IMG/VR virus record: IMGVR_UViG_3300045988_113120
Coordinates: 24,222-88,221 of that record
Origin: a virus
DNA: 64,000 nt
Strand: one strand, 5' to 3'
Shown: positions 63,901 through 64,000 of the stretch, in pieces
Layout of the letters: every line of letters begins with the position of its first letter
Position numbering within the stretch: the first letter of the stretch is position 1
Notes under the pieces: generated by a model
Told to the model about the DNA's origin: nothing
The model's input: only the letters and a program-made list of their open reading frames with translations
Databases searched by the model: none
Translations under genes and position numbers: made by a program

Positions 63901-64000
63901 CTAATATGGCTTAACAATAGTTCCATAGATTGCATGGAACAAAGTATTTTCATACTTTTCATTTTCACAACCACTTAATTTTTTTAGCTGATTTCTCATA
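63901..64000 (-). CDS. Partial CDS (C-terminal end only; N-terminus beyond the window)
   Basis: The minus-strand frame is open to the window edge and ends ...LFHAIYGTIVKPY with a TAG stop at 63901..63903. Confidence 0.3.
   Translation of the reverse strand, partial: MRNQLKKLSGCENEKYENTLFHAIYGTIVKPY

Overview
This window looks like part of a large, low-GC tailed-phage genome or prophage, probably from a Firmicutes-type host. About 95 genes are packed almost exclusively on the minus strand, with many 1-4 bp start/stop overlaps.

The first ~13 kb is a DNA replication and recombination module:
- RecD-like helicase, truncated at the window edge
- DnaE-type Pol III alpha
- RecJ-like DHH exonuclease
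- DnaG-like primase
- a DnaB-like ATPase
- an AAA_24/RecA-like ATPase
- an SSB-like protein with an acidic tail

The rest is typical early/accessory-region content:
- two paralogous phage sigma factors
- a nucleotidyltransferase/HigA-like HTH pair
- a DHH-DHHA1 (NrnA-like) phosphoesterase
- two nucleoside-2-deoxyribosyltransferase-like proteins
- a flotillin/SPFH protein
- an NAD+ salvage/reconstitution cluster: PncA-like, Prs-like, NAMPT-like and NadE
- several Bro-N/ORF6N antirepressor-like proteins
- a tyrosine recombinase and a metallophosphoesterase
- many small hypothetical proteins

The most striking locus is at 23.85-26.28 kb. A 543-aa TnpB/Cas12f-like RuvC nuclease gene sits in the phage operon and overlaps its upstream neighbour. 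Immediately 3' of it lie three tandem, diverged ~300-bp modules. Each module carries a 2-repeat/1-spacer mini-array (36-bp repeats, 30-33-bp unique spacers), inverted partial copies of its own repeat that could act as anti-repeats, a conserved AGTGAG-loop-CTCACT hairpin followed by TTTTGGC, and an A/T-rich conserved box. At least one module has its own minus-strand promoter. This looks like a phage-domesticated miniature RNA-guided nuclease with multiple omegaRNA- or single-guide-like modules.

Other notable items are a tRNA-like gene with a ~70-nt insertion in the anticodon loop, a consensus plus-strand promoter driving a short terminated noncoding RNA at 42.8 kb, and a promoter with an operator-like palindrome next to a tRNA-3'-half-like sequence at 61.0 kb.

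All functional calls come from reading motifs in the translated ORFs and the DNA. No database search was run.
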